A stretch of 64,000 nucleotides of DNA from Octopus sinensis (GCF_006345805.1 NC_042998.1:77066001-77130000); one strand, 5' to 3'; positions 38,204-53,677 are shown, counted from the first letter of the stretch. Notes: a model not told the origin generated them from the letters alone. Made by a program: numbers and translations.

Positions 38204-41047
38204 ATGCATAAAAATGATTCACTAAATATGAAGAAATTATTTATTTATTTCGTCAGGGAAACTATATAGTAGGATATCTGAGAAGAAATTGGCTATGTGT
38301 TACACAAGGGAGAAAAGATTTCAGCTGACCGTTTAAAGAATCGTGTAAATTAAATATCGAATATTTTGAAATTGAAAACAGACCGAGTCAAAGCAAAGAC
38401 AAAATCAAAAGTTGGAATGACTATGAAATTTATGAAGATAATAGTTATTTTATACGATTCAGTAGCTTTTTAAAAACTGTTCATTGGTAGTCATTGACGT
38501 TTCTTAACACGATTCATTGCCAAGTCATACGATTAATTTGTCTTTCTGTATCAATACCAACTGTATCAGTTTCATACTTTATGCCGTAGCCATCGTCAAC
38601 ATTCCCTTCCTCTCCCCCTCCCCCTGCTGCTCCTCCTCTTCCCCTTCTCCGTCATGTCGTCGTTGTGTACTCCATCAAGATACTATCAATTCAAGCAAAG
38701 GTAAAAATGTCTAAACCGTTGACCAACGTCCAAGAAATAACAGCTAAATCTTACACCAGAACTGAAACGTACCCAACACCAACTCCTCATTAAGTGAATT
38801 TGTTGCAAATACTCGTGTTTAATCTGCGATCAGAAGATAATTTCCTCTCGTCTGTCTCAGGCACCTGAAAAAGGTCTTGACCATGATTGCTCTCCTATGA
38901 CCAAGCAATAAAAAATTTTAAAACAACGAAATTAATAACCATCATCAAAGTCGATTCGATTTATGGCTCGAGTAAGCGAGATATAAAATTACACTTATTA
39001 TATTATCAACACAGGAAGTTCTCTTATCGAGAGAAATATATTGTAATAAATTATTGGATGGTTAACAACAAGTTATCTTGGAATATGCGTTATTGGTTAC
39101 CTTAATTGAAATCAATAACGTGACTTTATACGTTTTATTTATAAATTTGTATATTACACTGTCGTCACAGCCGTCGTCATTGTTATCGCCACCACCACTA
39201 CCATCACTACTAATTCCAAGATTAGCTCTAGTGATTCCACCACAACCACCACAACCACCTTCATCCCTACCATCAGTATTTATATCTCTACGATCATCCT
39301 CCTCCTCCTCATCATCATCATAACTTTCAACGACTTCAAGCATGAGGAAACATATGATTACTTCGATTTTTTATTTTTGCAGCTAGAGGGACTAGAATCT
39401 CAGCTGCAAATCGAATATGCAGTGGCTGGAATTACGCCAAAAGCAATATGTTCCATAAGCATTAAAGCCACTTAAAACTAGATTGTAGAGCAGGATTGAC
39501 TCATACAAAATACAGTGTTGTTGAAATTCTCAATTGATTCGTTTAACAAGCAATTGGAAACATTTTAGTTTGATTTGAACCAGTGTACTAACATGTTAGA
39601 GGCATGTGTTCAAAGGTCACTTCTTGTTTCCAGAAAAGGAAAAAATTAAATTAATTTTTTCTCAGTGACATATGCATTCGGAATATTGATATTTGAGTCC
39701 ACTTCTCTACGAATTAGTTAAAAGCTTCGCTTGGTCATTGTGAAAATCGCTTCCCAATGAATATTTTCTCAATATGTAAAGAATTTGCTAAGCTGACCGA
39801 CTCACTGAACATCTCCAAGACATCAGACTCAGCAGTGACATCTCGGTCTCGCACCATCTCATCTGGAACGGCCACCTTCTACATCTTCCTGTGTTCGGAC
39901 AGTTCTTGTACAGAGTCAACCGGACTTCTGCCTCCGCTGAGAACAAGAAATGATTTTCTCTCTTCATTCCTTTGCTCCTTAAGGTCTTAATTTGTCACCT
40001 CTCTTCATCTAAAACCAAGCTTACATATATTCACACAGAGCTCTCACCTTCCACTGCTCCTCCTCCTTCATCCCCAGATGCATGATGTGGTACGATTGAT
40101 GACACTTTAGGTGTGTGTGCAAAACACACACCTAAAGTGTCATCATACACACACACGCAAACGCGCACACACACATCCACACACACAAACAGATTTGTAT
40201 TTGTGGATCTTCTTTACCACCTTAGTTGTCATGCGTTACAATCCACAAGTATTCAAATTTAAAGTGATGGTAATACGTCTACACTTTGGATTTGGCATTG
40301 TGAGACACTTCAAACGTTATTACTTGAAGCAATGTGAAACACAAAATACCCAAATGAGGGATGTTAAATATTCAGGGACTATGGCAGTGAAGTCCCAACA
40401 ATAGCAATGATCTTAAAATCGCTGGTAAACGTTTCGTGTTTTGGCAGTTTGTGGTGCAAATGATCGACCAGCGGACCTGCCTGTCCCATGCAAAATTGAA
40501 GGAAATATACTTCTACGAGCGTATGTCGTGTAAGCATAGCTGCTACATGATATATATCTAAGTGGACGCCTTCATACAGCAGGGAATTTATATAAATATC
40601 TGGTAATTTATATAAATTCAAACAAATATAAGTATAATTTAATATCTATATTGATAAGCATACATCCGAGTGCACGACGCGACATGTAGTTTGTGTAGAG
40701 CATGTCCATGTATATATGTACATGCATATATTTATTCACATGTACGACATCAGGTATACATACATACACGTATACACACAGACATAAACATGCACGCACA
40801 CACACACACTCACACACACACACACATACACACATACACACACGTAAACATACAAGAGGAGGTGCTGCAAAGTTCCTGGCTTTATAGGGCCCGCAAAAGG
40901 CCTGGGTTGCGGTCCATCATTCCGCGTTCCTTTCCTATTTAAGTAGCTTGCTTACCAGACACCTCGGGCAAGTGTCTTCTACAATAGCCTCGGGCCGACC
41001 AAAGCACTGTGAGTGGATTTGGTAGACGAAACTGAAAGAAGCCTATC

Positions 41048-41080
<33 letters not shown>

Positions 41081-41087
<7 letters not shown>

Positions 41088-42360
41088 TGCAGTTTTCCTT
41101 GCGGAAAATAACAGCTGAAACTAATTTAGTACATGGGTAATTATTTTATTTCGTATATTTTTCACTTGTTTATTGCTATGGTTTTGTGTTGATCTGAGAA
41201 CATAATCTTTTGTGGTGAATGGCGATTTGACGTCTATATCTAGCATGTTGACTGTCCACTTTTCGTGTTCAGTCCTTAATTGGTATATATAAATATTTTA
41301 ATCTTCGGATTCTTTTTTAATATGCTAGACCACTGGTCTTAATTGATAAATATCAATTTCTACCCTTAATTAATTTTATATAAATAAATATGTTCTCTAA
41401 CCGATAAATTAACTGCTGCTAATTATTAGCAGCAGGCTAGTTTTCTCGGGTTTCAACGCGCCAAGGTAAAGGCATTTGAAAGATATATTCAAATGTAATA
41501 GGCTGAACTCCATGCACGCGATATTTCGGTATCGTGTTTGCATCTAGTCCAGCAAATTACATTTATAACGGACCATGCTGATGATGGCTGCAGTTTTCCT
41601 TGCGGAAAATAACAGCTGAAACTAATTTAGTACATGGGTAATTATTTTATTTCGTATATTTTTCACTTGTTTATTGCTATGGTTTTGTGTTGATCTGAGA
41701 ACATAATCTTTTGTGGTGAATGGCGATTTGACGTCTATATCTAGCATGTTGACTGTCCACTTTTCGTGTTCAGTCCTTAATTGGTATATATAAATATTTT
41801 AATCTTCGGATTCTTTTTTAATATGCTAGACCACTGGTCTTAATTTATAATATCAATTTCTACCCTTAATTAATTTTATATAAATAAATATGTTCTCTAA
41901 CGATAAATTAACTGCTGCTAATTATTTAGTTTCAACGCGCCAAGGTAAAGGCATTTGAAAGATATATTCAAATGTAATAGGCTGAACTCCATGCACGCGA
42001 TATTTCGGTATCGTGTTTGCATCTAGTCCAGCAAATTACATTTATAACGGACCATGCTGATGATGGCTGCAGTTTTCCTTGCGGAAAATAACAGCTGAAA
42101 CTAATTTAGTACATGGGTAATTATTTTATTTCGTATATTTTTCACTTGTTTATTGCTATGGTTTTGTGTTGATCTGAGAACATATCTTTTGTGGTGAATG
42201 GCGATTTGACGTCTATATCTAGCATGTTGACTGTCCACTTTTCGTGTTCAGTCCTTAATTGGTATATATAAATATTTTAATCTTCGGATTCTTTTTTAAT
42301 ATGTTAGACCACTGGTCTTAATTATAAATATCAATTTCTACCCTTAATTAATTTTATATA
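41081..42360 (+). repeat. Tandem array of ~2.6 near-identical ~480-501-bp units bounded by (TA)n
   Basis: Units start with TGATGGCTGCAGTTTTCC at 41081, 41582 and 42061. They differ by 1-nt indels and one ~20-bp indel. Confidence 0.95.
41564..41639 (+). promoter_or_regulatory. Putative TATA-Inr core promoter plus ATG-bearing first exon (repeated at 42043-42118; truncated copy at 41081-41138)
   Basis: TATAA at 41564 lies 28 nt upstream of the A of GCAGTT (41592). ATGG|gtaatt follows at 41634-41639. Confidence 0.3.
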
Positions 42361-42365
42361 TATAT

Positions 42366-42418
<53 letters not shown>

Positions 42419-42419
42419 T

Positions 42420-43304
42420 ATGTTTGTGTTTCTTTGTTTGACAACCGATGTTAGTGTGTTTAAGTCCCCGGAATTTAGCGGTTCGGCAAAAGACACCGAT
42501 AATATAAATACTAAGCTTAGAAAGAATAAGTCCTGGGGTCGATTTGCTCCGACTAAAGGCGGTGCTCCACCATAGCCACAGACTGAAACAAATAAAATAA
42601 TATATATATATTGCATGGCACTCGGTTGGTTACGACCACGAGGGTTCCAGTTGATCCGATCAACTGAACAGCCTGCTCGTAAAATTAATGTGCAAGTGGC
42701 TGAGCACTCCACAGATACGTTTATTCTTTACGTAGTTTTCGGGGAGATTCAGCGTGACACAGTGTGTGACAAGGCTGGCCCTTAGAAATACAGGTACAAC
42801 AGAAGCAGGAAGAATGGATGAGAGAAAGCTGTGGTGAAAGAATACAGCAGGGTTCACCAACATCCCTTGTCGGAGCCTCGTGGAGATTTAGGTGTCTTTG
42901 CTGAATAAAAACTCACAACACCCGGTCTGGGAATCGAAACTGAGATTCTACGACTGCAAGTCCGCTGCCCTAAACACGGGCTATTGCACCTCCACTAAAA
43001 AGGAACACTCCGTCGGTTACGACGATGGTCCCAGCTGATACGATCAACGAAACAGCTTCCTCGAGAAATAAACGTGCACTCCAAAGACACATGTAGCCTT
43101 AACGTAGTTCTTAAGGAGAATCCGCGTGACACAGAGTGTGACAAGGCTGGCCCTTTGAAACAGATACTACTCATTTCTGCCAGCTGTGTGGAATGGAACA
43201 GCATGAAATAAATTGTCTTACTCAAGGACACAACGCGTCGCCGGGAATTGAACTCATGACCTTACGATCGTGAGCCGAATGCCCTAACCACTAAGCCACG
43301 CTCC

Positions 43305-43305
<1 letters not shown>
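42420..43305. mobile_element. Cluster of three SINEs (one 3' fragment plus two minus-strand tRNA-headed copies sharing a 3' body)
   Basis: The shared body CGTGACACAG.GTGTGACAAGGCTGGCCC occurs at ~42755 and ~43125. tRNA-like heads (reverse strand) lie at ~42930-42995 and ~43235-43305. Confidence 0.8.
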
Positions 43306-43337
<32 letters not shown>

Positions 43338-43621
43338 TATATTGTGGGAAGGACAAAACATGCAAGTAAATGCAAGGTAAATATCAAGAAAACAGATATG
43401 TGAATTAACGTAGATACCTTGTATTCAATATTTCGGGTTATGATTCCATTTTCGAGAAATTTATTCCATTACATATATATATATATTATATATATATATA
43501 TATATATAGATATATATATATATGTGTGTGTGTGTGCGTGTGTGTGTGTTGTGTGTGTGTGTGTGTGTGTGCGTGTGTGTGTATGTTATTGTATTTAGTA
43601 ATCGTCATTTCGCCAGTTTAG

Positions 43622-43677
<56 letters not shown>

Positions 43678-46600
43678 GGCTTCCAAATAAGGAAGCGTAG
43701 AGCTAGAAACACAAAAAGGGAGAAATTCATGAAAGGAATGAAAATTAAAAACATTTACCATCTCAGCTATATCCCAGACCGAACGGTTTCTACCTATTTT
43801 TAGTAAACACACAGAATATATTTGCCAGGCCAGGTTCTTCAGTGGGAAGCCTTCGTAATCCTAGACGCACAGACTGTTAGAAGCACATGTAGATCTAACG
43901 GTTTGTATATCCTAACTTTTCAAACCTCTGCGCTGACGCAAATCATACCCGGCGACAGAGAGGACGCCGGTAAAAAATTTACGAACAAATTTATCAAGCA
44001 ATATTTAAACATAATCACCTACCTACCTACCTACCTACCTACATACATACATATATACATACATACACCCACATACATACATGCATTCACACGCACATAC
44101 GTAAATACATGCATACATCCATGCATACACACAGATAGACAGGAATACAGATGAAGATATATGATATATATTTTTGTGCGTATGTTAATGCTTGCATACA
44201 TACATAATATTTAACATACGATTCCTTCTGATTTGTGGTCTTGGTGTGGCTAAACAGTTTTACCTTTTGAAAGGCACTCGTAACTCATAACAGCTCACGT
44301 TGTAATGCTTTAAGTGAATTAACTGAAGTCCAGCAGCCTAAATTTCCTTTTAGTTTACAACCTTGCTGTATATTGACGTTTCTTTCATTAAAGTCGACAA
44401 ACCCTCCAGCGCATTTCTCCGTTAATTCACAGGTATAACCTATTCATAATCACTCTAATTATCAGGGTTAACAGGCAAATCTTGAAATTATACACTTCAG
44501 GAAAGTCCCTAAAATATAGTGATTGACGTCCTTCGAAAGATATGAAGGCCATGGCTGGTGTGTTTTCATCATTTGTCTGCTCAGTTAGTGATGAGATGGA
44601 GACAAACAAATACAATAGCATTCACTTCAAACCTGCTGTTGTAGTCTCAATTGCTTACTGTCATAGTAATCTAATGTCATCTTCACCTACTATCACGATG
44701 ACCTAATGTCATAATGACATAATGACACAATGACCCAATGTCATCATGATGTAATAGCTTAACGATATTATTTATGAGAATATTAATATTTAGCCTGTAA
44801 ACTGCAGATGTGTAATTTAAAAGATAGGGGAAGAGCGATCTAGATCAGCAATTCTTTAGATATAAATTACAGTAGAGCTATACAAAATGATGATAAGCAA
44901 CTCCTGGAGGAGTCTTGAGATACGCTTTGGACTTCAGATCCTATCCATTACGATAAATTTAGTAAGTATTCTTAGAGCAGGATACGAATGCCTGATTCAC
45001 GTTTTAAACTCTGTCAGCGGCCATTAGAGCTGACTCAATTGCGAATTAAGGATACTGGATATTTTATCTTTATTACACGGAATAAGGAATGTTTTGGCTA
45101 TCGATAACTCAGTAATGTAAGGTGGTCATTTCAATTAAATATACCCACTTCCTTACAATTAGTGATACAACACTGAAGTTATTGAGTTATTAATTTAATT
45201 CATGAACCTCGGGTCCAATATATTTGACTTAAGGAAAATATCGGACATCGGTATATTATAGATATTTACTTTGTTAATACCATAAATAGAAAGCCCATAT
45301 GCAACCCCTGTGGGAATGAGCGTTGAAATTCTTATTTAGCTAGCAGTAAGTACCACGAAATTGTTAAGCTCTTTGAACTTGCGAGTATGTATTAGCAGGT
45401 GCAGTTGTGTTTGAATATACCCCTGGAACACTAAGAGTGGGCGGTCACTTTGTTTTGTATTTACGGCTGAAAGTAACGATGTTTCTGGCTGTTAGCGAGC
45501 CGCATATACAAAACAATATAGCCACCCACTTTTCCTCTTCTAGGATCATAGTGAAACGAAATCGCCCCCGCCAAAGCGTACTCTGAGTTTCACGGATTAG
45601 AAAGAGGCTTTAATATTTCTCTTCGTTTTGTCGTATGTCTGTACATTGTGTAAAAAAAACCCACACACATACTCACATAGACACACAAGCACTTACAAAT
45701 ATTAAATACAGATACACAAAATTATGTGCGACAGAAGATCGTATCAATGCTGAAGACAGAGAAATTTTTACTTTCAACTACTCATCAAGTATATTAAAGG
45801 GATTTGTGTACACTTATGCCGAATATGAATCGCTATTTACCTATGCACACTGCAAACGACATAATGTATAAATTTACGATGTTGCAATTTCAGATTTGAT
45901 ATATTTCTCTCATCTGTCTCTTTTTTCCACCATGCTTCATTAGCTGAGGGTATTCTGAGTTACTTAAGTGCCTTGTGTTTTGTTCCAAATCACTTTATTA
46001 AGATTATTTCATAAGTTGTACATTTTAATATGAAACTCTAAGCCCTTGAGCAAATCTTGTAGTATTATCAGCCAACAAATAACAATATGAACGTGTGTGT
46101 AGGCATGCATGTGTATATTTATGTGTGGATATGTATATGTGCTTTGACAATGTCTTAAAAATTGCCGTTATCTCTAAGTTACACGGCCAGAGAGGACATA
46201 CATAAATAACAGAAACTTCGGCTATTTTATCAATTTTCAACGCTATTCTAGGGCTTTCAGTAACGTTCTTGCCAATAATGTCTTAGAGAAGCTTGATATT
46301 TCATACATAGTGTTATGTTTTCTGCTATGGCTTCTTCATGTCGACTGAATTGCTAGTGGGTGTTCAAAAAGTGGAAAGAATGAGAAGAAAACGAACAAAT
46401 AATACAGGGAAAAAAAAAGAGTTAAAGAATTTTTCCTGTCTCCGATATGCACATAAACAGAAATATGGGCTAAAATAAAACAAAGTTGTTCAGTCAGTCA
46501 TATGGATTGACCAAGTAACGGAAGTGCTTGTGTATACGCACCAGTATAGACTAATGATTACGATAATGTTGATGAGTATGGTGTTGCGGATGTTGGTGGT

Positions 46601-46734
46601 TTTGTGATAATGTAGATTGCTATAATTAATCAGAATGCTTCCTGCTCATATTAATAATTAAAAAAAAATCCATGTTGGCCTTTTGTTATTTTTATTCGTG
46701 TTCTTTTATGTTAGTGCATTATCTTTCCTCTCAC

Positions 46735-46735
<1 letters not shown>

Positions 46736-46832
<97 letters not shown>

Positions 46833-46900
46833 CATTATTATCATTATTATTATTATTATTATATTATTATTATTATTATTATTATTATCGTCATCATCAT
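46736..46900. repeat. Long (ATT)n trinucleotide repeat
   Basis: Directly visible; it produces the poly-I and poly-Y ORFs. Confidence 0.97.
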
Positions 46901-48254
46901 TACGACTGCAGCAAAAGCTGTAAAATCTATGGATGACTCAAGTCCTGGTATCGATTCTTATATATCTATATTACCCCTGCGTTTTAAAATTTTGTGGTCG
47001 TCTGCCAATATAAGATATCATAAAAATCACATATTTCTAAGGTTCGGTGCTACATTGTTATTCCACTACCACTCATACAGCTATACAATTGATATAATAA
47101 TATGCCCGTGGATTGAGATGATTCTTGTCGAGATTTACGCTAGGCATATCTTTGAGTTTGCATTAGAATTTTCATTTTGTTTGCAGGGATTGTATAGCAA
47201 TGAAAGGTAATTCTACGCATTATTTACAACGTGCATTCTTTATTGCATTTATAGGATGTAATGAAAGTTGTGGCCTCTGACAGTAACATTATTAAGGCTT
47301 GTGGTATTACAAATCTTTGGGCATATTAATTCTATGTTGCCTCAGTTCAAATATCTGTACATTATATATAATATATGTACCATACCAAGTTCAAACAATT
47401 TGCAATAGACTGATTTCTAATGCAAGCAGAATTTATTATCCAGCTGTTGTATGCGACCATATTTTAAATAAAAATCCACCTTCGGGAACATTTCTGATTT
47501 AGGGGTTATATTGTTAGAGAATATTTTATTTACGCTCAGTCTAATGCCAGTTAGCTCTAAGTTTAATGACCGATACGTATCTGATTCTGATCAGAAATCA
47601 TTTCATTTGTCCTACATATAAACACGAAGAAAGGATGAATACCACAGCGTTTCGCAGGAAGTTCTGACAAATATTCAACGTTGAACTCTAATTTACAATT
47701 CAAAATCTCTTCGAGTTGTTCAGAGGAGTTTATCCTGCAATGAAGCTATTTCACGGATAGCAAAAGTACAATTACACATTACATATATTTCTCCAAATAT
47801 GTAAACATGTGTCTCTGTATGTAGTTAACAAATTGATATTACTCAGAGCAATTCCAGTTAAATAATTTTTGTTATATAATCACAGTGGTAAATCAAGATG
47901 TTGTGAAATGTATGACTGCACACCATTCAGTAAAAATACTCTTAATTATATGTGATTACATAAGATTGGCATTGTTTTGGGTATGGGATTTAAATTTGGC
48001 ATGAGGCTAGTTTATCCGTTCTTATTGAATCTTGGCTATTTCTCAAAATCATTACATCGATTACATATATAAATATACATATACACATACATACATACAT
48101 ACATACATACATACATACATACATACATACATACATACATACATGCATGCATGTATATCATATATGCGTGTGTGCATATATTTCCTTGTTTCAGTCATTT
48201 GACTGATGCCTGTATACACACACACACACACACACATACATATATATATATATG

Positions 48255-48310
<56 letters not shown>

Positions 48311-48323
48311 CATATATATATAC

Positions 48324-48375
<52 letters not shown>

Positions 48376-48642
48376 GTATATACATATATATATATATGTA
48401 TATACATATATATATATGTATATACATATATATATATATGTATGTATATATATATATATACATACATACATAAATGCATATACATACGCCCGCGCATGCA
48501 CAACACACACGCATACATACATACTCATAGATAAGTAGACATGTATGTGTGTCTACACTCACACATACATATTCTCATGCACGCACGCATTCATATGCGA
48601 AATACAAACAACAATTGTTGGCACGATGATGATATTTACTTT

Positions 48643-48726
<84 letters not shown>

Positions 48727-51554
48727 CATATATATTTCTTTTTTATTTTCTAAAAAAATATTGTATGCGGAACTAACTTTCGGGTACATTCTATAGATAG
48801 AACGAATATGACTAGAAAAGAAACAGAAAGTGAGTGTGAGGGAAAAGGTGTTGAAATGAAGAGGAATACCACAAAATCAGTCAAGAGTAGAAAAAAAGAC
48901 AAACAAAGCGACAGCCAAAAATCAAGACTAAAATAAAAACCACGACAACGATCTCAATAATTATGATGAGAATAACAGTAATCGGAAGACTAACATGGCC
49001 AACAATTACATCACTGAAAACAAAATTAATGTCTCAAAGCAAAGAACAGCAGATATCAGTAGAAAACCAACAATAAATAACTACTGCAACAACAAATATA
49101 AGAAATACGACAGCGTTAACATGTACAAAAAGAGAGATAATAAGAAATATAAACAACAGGCTGTTATGACATCCCTACAAAATACCGAAATTAACTATCT
49201 GGCAATGTTCCCATCTCTCTACGGATTCGGATGATAAAGAAATAAACTCAAAGAAACTTGGTTTCAATATGTAAATTAAGGGAACAATTTGCATCGATTC
49301 AAAACACAGGAAAATTGTTGTTCAGACATTACAACAGACAACACAGTATAACGGTCATTCCTCCACTCTGAAAAGCGCGCGTGCGCACACACACATACAC
49401 ACACAGAGTTACACATGCACGTTAAGGTATTAGGGTCACACAACTCAATTACAGAGAATCAAACTAAGTATCAGTATAGTGTTAGAAAACCAATTTCAAT
49501 CCGGCTATAAAATGTATCTCACTCAAATTTTGTGTGAATAAAATCCTAAAGTTGGCCACAGCCCAAAGTTTTGATGAAGCGTGGCAAGTCGATGTAATCG
49601 GCTTCTGTGTATCACTGACGCTTTTTTAAACGTAATTTAGGAATAATGAAAGTCAGTTTTAATCCCCGCATAATTTGAACCGAGAGAATAAAGGGGAGTA
49701 GTTAAATACTCTGTTGCTTAAACGATAGCAGACTGCTTTGCCTGTAATTTTCATTAATATAATTTTACTTCTTACAGATGCATTTGTGATAAACAATCAA
49801 TGAAATAGCAGGAAAGTTACCACCAAAATTCGTTGGAATTCTGTTCATGATCAAAATATCCCATCGATCGGCTGCAAATATTACTACGTATATGTACAAA
49901 TCAAAGCAATGTTTGATTACAAATCGAAGCAATGTTTGCAATTTTTGCGATATTTAGGATATAACTAGGTTCCAGGAAAACAACAATGAAGCCCTTACTA
50001 CCTCAAAAAAAACAAAAAAAAAAAAAAAGGAGAAAAATGTGACCATATCTTTCTGTACTAATCCATGACTCATGGATTACTTAAGATTTGAAGAAGAGGT
50101 GTGATGCCATTCCATAGATTTAATCTTAGTCTCTGCATTATAAAGATATGTTCACATTCCCTGTCGTGAGCTCGAAAAGAACTGTCTCTTCGTTGGTTTC
50201 AAACGAGCCAGCCGTATGTATCTTGGTGTGCATGTATAATATGCATGTATGTAAAAGCACACACACATATAAACACACATACACACATATATATAGACTC
50301 ACTATAACGGGGCAATAGCATGGAGTGGATTTCCATATAAGTTATTATATATGAAGGAAACCGAACCCCGGCAATCTAATTTCAAGTAAATCAGAAAAGA
50401 ACCTTCTACTCTATCTTTAACGTAGACGTTTCCACTGACTCACCCAGGACCTAGGTGCTAATTAAATAGAATTTCTTTAGAATTCATGGATTTTATAAAC
50501 TTTTCAATATCCATAACGTCCAGATCAGCTATTGTATTTAGAAAATATCGCTTCCAACATCGCAAACACATCCCTACACATACTCCAACCCACACCCCAA
50601 CATGTAATTGCCAAAATCTTTTCAAGTAACCACTTGGAGGATCCTGTCATTCAAAGGCTGTAGTGTATACAACCATCCTCGCAATGGCATCACAAGACAC
50701 TTCATGTGCATAGCAACCAATAATTTTAAGGGAAGGTATACAGATTATATGCACTCCATTGGATGCCGCGACAGGAACACTAGTTTTTGTGGAATGATAT
50801 GTTAAAGAAGAAAAGGAAGAAAGAAATTCAGTTACATGGATAGTTCCACAGAGACACCAAAAATGTGTAGAACATTCACTAACCGTAGGAATGCCTTCAG
50901 AGAGAAGAGTTAAAGAGAAACGTGTGGAACTTGTTTAGAGGCTGAGGAAGGTCAAGCTCTAAAGAAGAATTTAGTGAATATGGCTATGTATTCCAGCGCT
51001 TCAACAGACGAATGCGGTCCCTATAATTAGCGAGCGGAAAATAGCGAACATTTTGCAGTAGCGGGTGTAATATTAGTTCAGGAAGTTTATAAGCGAGAAG
51101 GTGTGACTTAATTTACACTGACAATGAATAGAAAATATGAATATACCACATAAGATAGACGGCACAATCCAATTATATAAATGTCTGTAAATTTAAGAGG
51201 AAAGTGTTTTGGGTTCTTTTACCGGGAAATACATTGTGTTCTTGTGCAAGACATTTCATTTCACGTTACTCCAGTTCACTTGGCTGGCAAAAAGGGAGGA
51301 ATCCTGCAGCAACTGGTGTCCCTTCCCATGGGGAATATATACGCTACAGAAACCAGGAAATCATCCTTATGCGTCTAAATTCTATGTGATTGTGAATTTT
51401 AAACCTCCGAAATAATTGAACATCATAGACCAGATATTATATAACACAAAAGGGAATGCCTCATAATAGACGTTGTATTTACTTAAGACAAAAATCATTG
51501 GACAGAATAAAGTATAAACTGTTTCGAAGTATACTGAAGTAAACGTAGGAATAT

Positions 51555-51830
51555 CGTCATCATTTCTCCCCCTCCTCCTCTTTGCCATCATCATGATCAT
51601 CAAAATCATAATGACCATCATGATCATGATTATCTCCACCAGCATCACCATGACCATAACCATCATCAAGACAGTCATTATCCTCACTACATGTACCAAT
51701 ACCCCTGTCAAAACTATAATCAGTATGAACCTTCCCAAGAATAATATCGTTACATCATGATTTTCATATTCACTTCCCGCCATCATCATCACATTCAGTA
51801 CTACTCGTTCTAATATAATTCCCTCCGCCA
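51555..51830. repeat. Degenerate (CAT)n-rich tract
   Basis: CATCATCATGATCATC... explains the M/I/V-rich 158-aa minus ORF. Confidence 0.8.
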
Positions 51831-53367
51831 ATACCCGCAAAAGAAACAGCACTAACAAGTGTTAATCTGTCCTTGACATGTTCCTGAACGAAACAATTTG
51901 ACCATTTGTTGAGCTCACTCGTTTAATAAAATGTATTCCTGTGATTGCATTTCTGAATATTCACATATGCTTAACCAGTATCTAGATAAACCATGGAATA
52001 GCCAACGTATATTAGATGTGCTGTGTTTATCTGTTGAAACTTTCAGTAGTGATGCTGTTTATGAATTAGAGAGGTCTGAGTAGTATCGTGCATAATATTT
52101 ACTAATATTAGAACAAATGACATCTTATGTATAGGGAATATTGTATTTCTTACTCAACTTATCTGACAAATATACACCTTGTATTAAACGAAAAAAGGGG
52201 TAACAAGGAGAAATACTCATTATTAGCCCCATGAAATATGTACTATGTGGTACTAAATTTTACCACTTGGTAAAATGCACTTAACATTACTGATACAGAT
52301 TAAGATCAACTACCTTGAAAATAATTTCGAGCTGCACTAAAATATATACGGGTAAGGAGAAACACATTAAGTGTTTACATGTCTTTGTAGAAATAGGAGA
52401 CATAATCTCCAATTACATCGTATCATACTGAATAAGTGAATAACACATAGCATAATACCGTACGATGGCGTAGAATACGTACTTGAATATGTATTTGCTG
52501 AGTGGTGAAAACAACAACAGCATATTTACTGCACTTACATCTAAGTATTACTCATTCTGTTCTTGGCCAGAGATCAGAGCAAAACGGTCATAAACTGCAG
52601 CTGAAAAAATAAAGCAGTTAATTAAATTCAGAAAGTAACATGGTTTTGCACTAAGTTTTGCAGATGGTACGTAATTAATATATATCATAAATAATTATTT
52701 CAAGTATCGCCCCAAACCCTGATCTTGCAAACAATTTTCGATATATTGATTATTCGCAACACCTTCCATATTCACATTTGCTGAAGTTACATTGTCAACG
52801 CATATTGGTAATATGTTAATGCTTATAAATGTTGCTTATATGTATTGTTCTCATCTTCGCATGTATGTTGGCGACGACCTTAGCTGAACATTCAAACTAA
52901 AATAGATGAGTTGCAACAAGTACTTATTAGGCAGTTACATCTCATTTGACTGCATTTTGCAAAAACGAAGATGTTTGTTCTTTTCAACATGAAAATGTTA
53001 TTCCTCACCCAAGTAATTTCACTAGATGCACTTGTTCGTACTCCTCTCGTGTGGAGCATTGAATCGTATTGCTAGACCACATACGTAGCACGTCGCCCAA
53101 AATATTCAAAAATACGATAATTGTGAGAAACTATTTTGTGCACATGTGTTCTTTCAATTTACTTTGAGATGCACCGAATCAAATTAAATATCAACTGCAC
53201 TGACCTAACTCAGCCAACCAAAGCCTCCACAGCAGGAGATGCTATAAACCTGAGAATACGAGACAGCTTTTCCAGATAAAATGAGTTTTTTTTCAGAAAA
53301 AAACCAGAAGACTATGCAGGAACGAAATTGCCACCAACAAATATGTAGAGAAAGACATATACATAGA

Positions 53368-53418
<51 letters not shown>

Positions 53419-53632
53419 TGGTACACTGAGTGCACTGTGTATGGCGAACATTCCTCTGTATTAGAAAAATATAGCAGTGGAACGTATATGCCATCATTCA
53501 CAAAAACATATACGGGAGCAGACATTCACACATATACACATATGCATATACATAGGTCTGTATGTGTCTGCGTGTGTGTGTGTTCAAAATGTTTCACGTT
53601 CTTGTCCCAGTTTGTATAATTTTTTAAACTTT

Positions 53633-53677
<45 letters not shown>

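Noticed and set aside
41081-42360. CRISPR array or prokaryotic system
   Set aside because: The units are ~490 bp with no unique spacers. There are no cas-like or operon-like ORFs anywhere, and the window is eukaryotic.
49770-49960. Selenoprotein-like exon (strong acceptor, single in-frame TGA in DAFVINNQ*NSRK...) or small Cys-peptide end (RCICDKQSMK*)
   Set aside because: No SECIS or homology was recognisable and all three frames stop early, so it cannot be supported.
50615-50730. Ig-domain-like exon (RHFMCIATNNFKG)
   Set aside because: Only a short F-strand-like resemblance, with no B-strand Cys/Trp context and a weak splice donor.
51181-51415. Three overlapping ORFs suggesting a coding exon
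   Set aside because: The region contains a degenerate SINE CORE segment (TTGTGTTCTTGTGCAAGACATTTCATTTCACGTTACTCCAG) that explains the composition.
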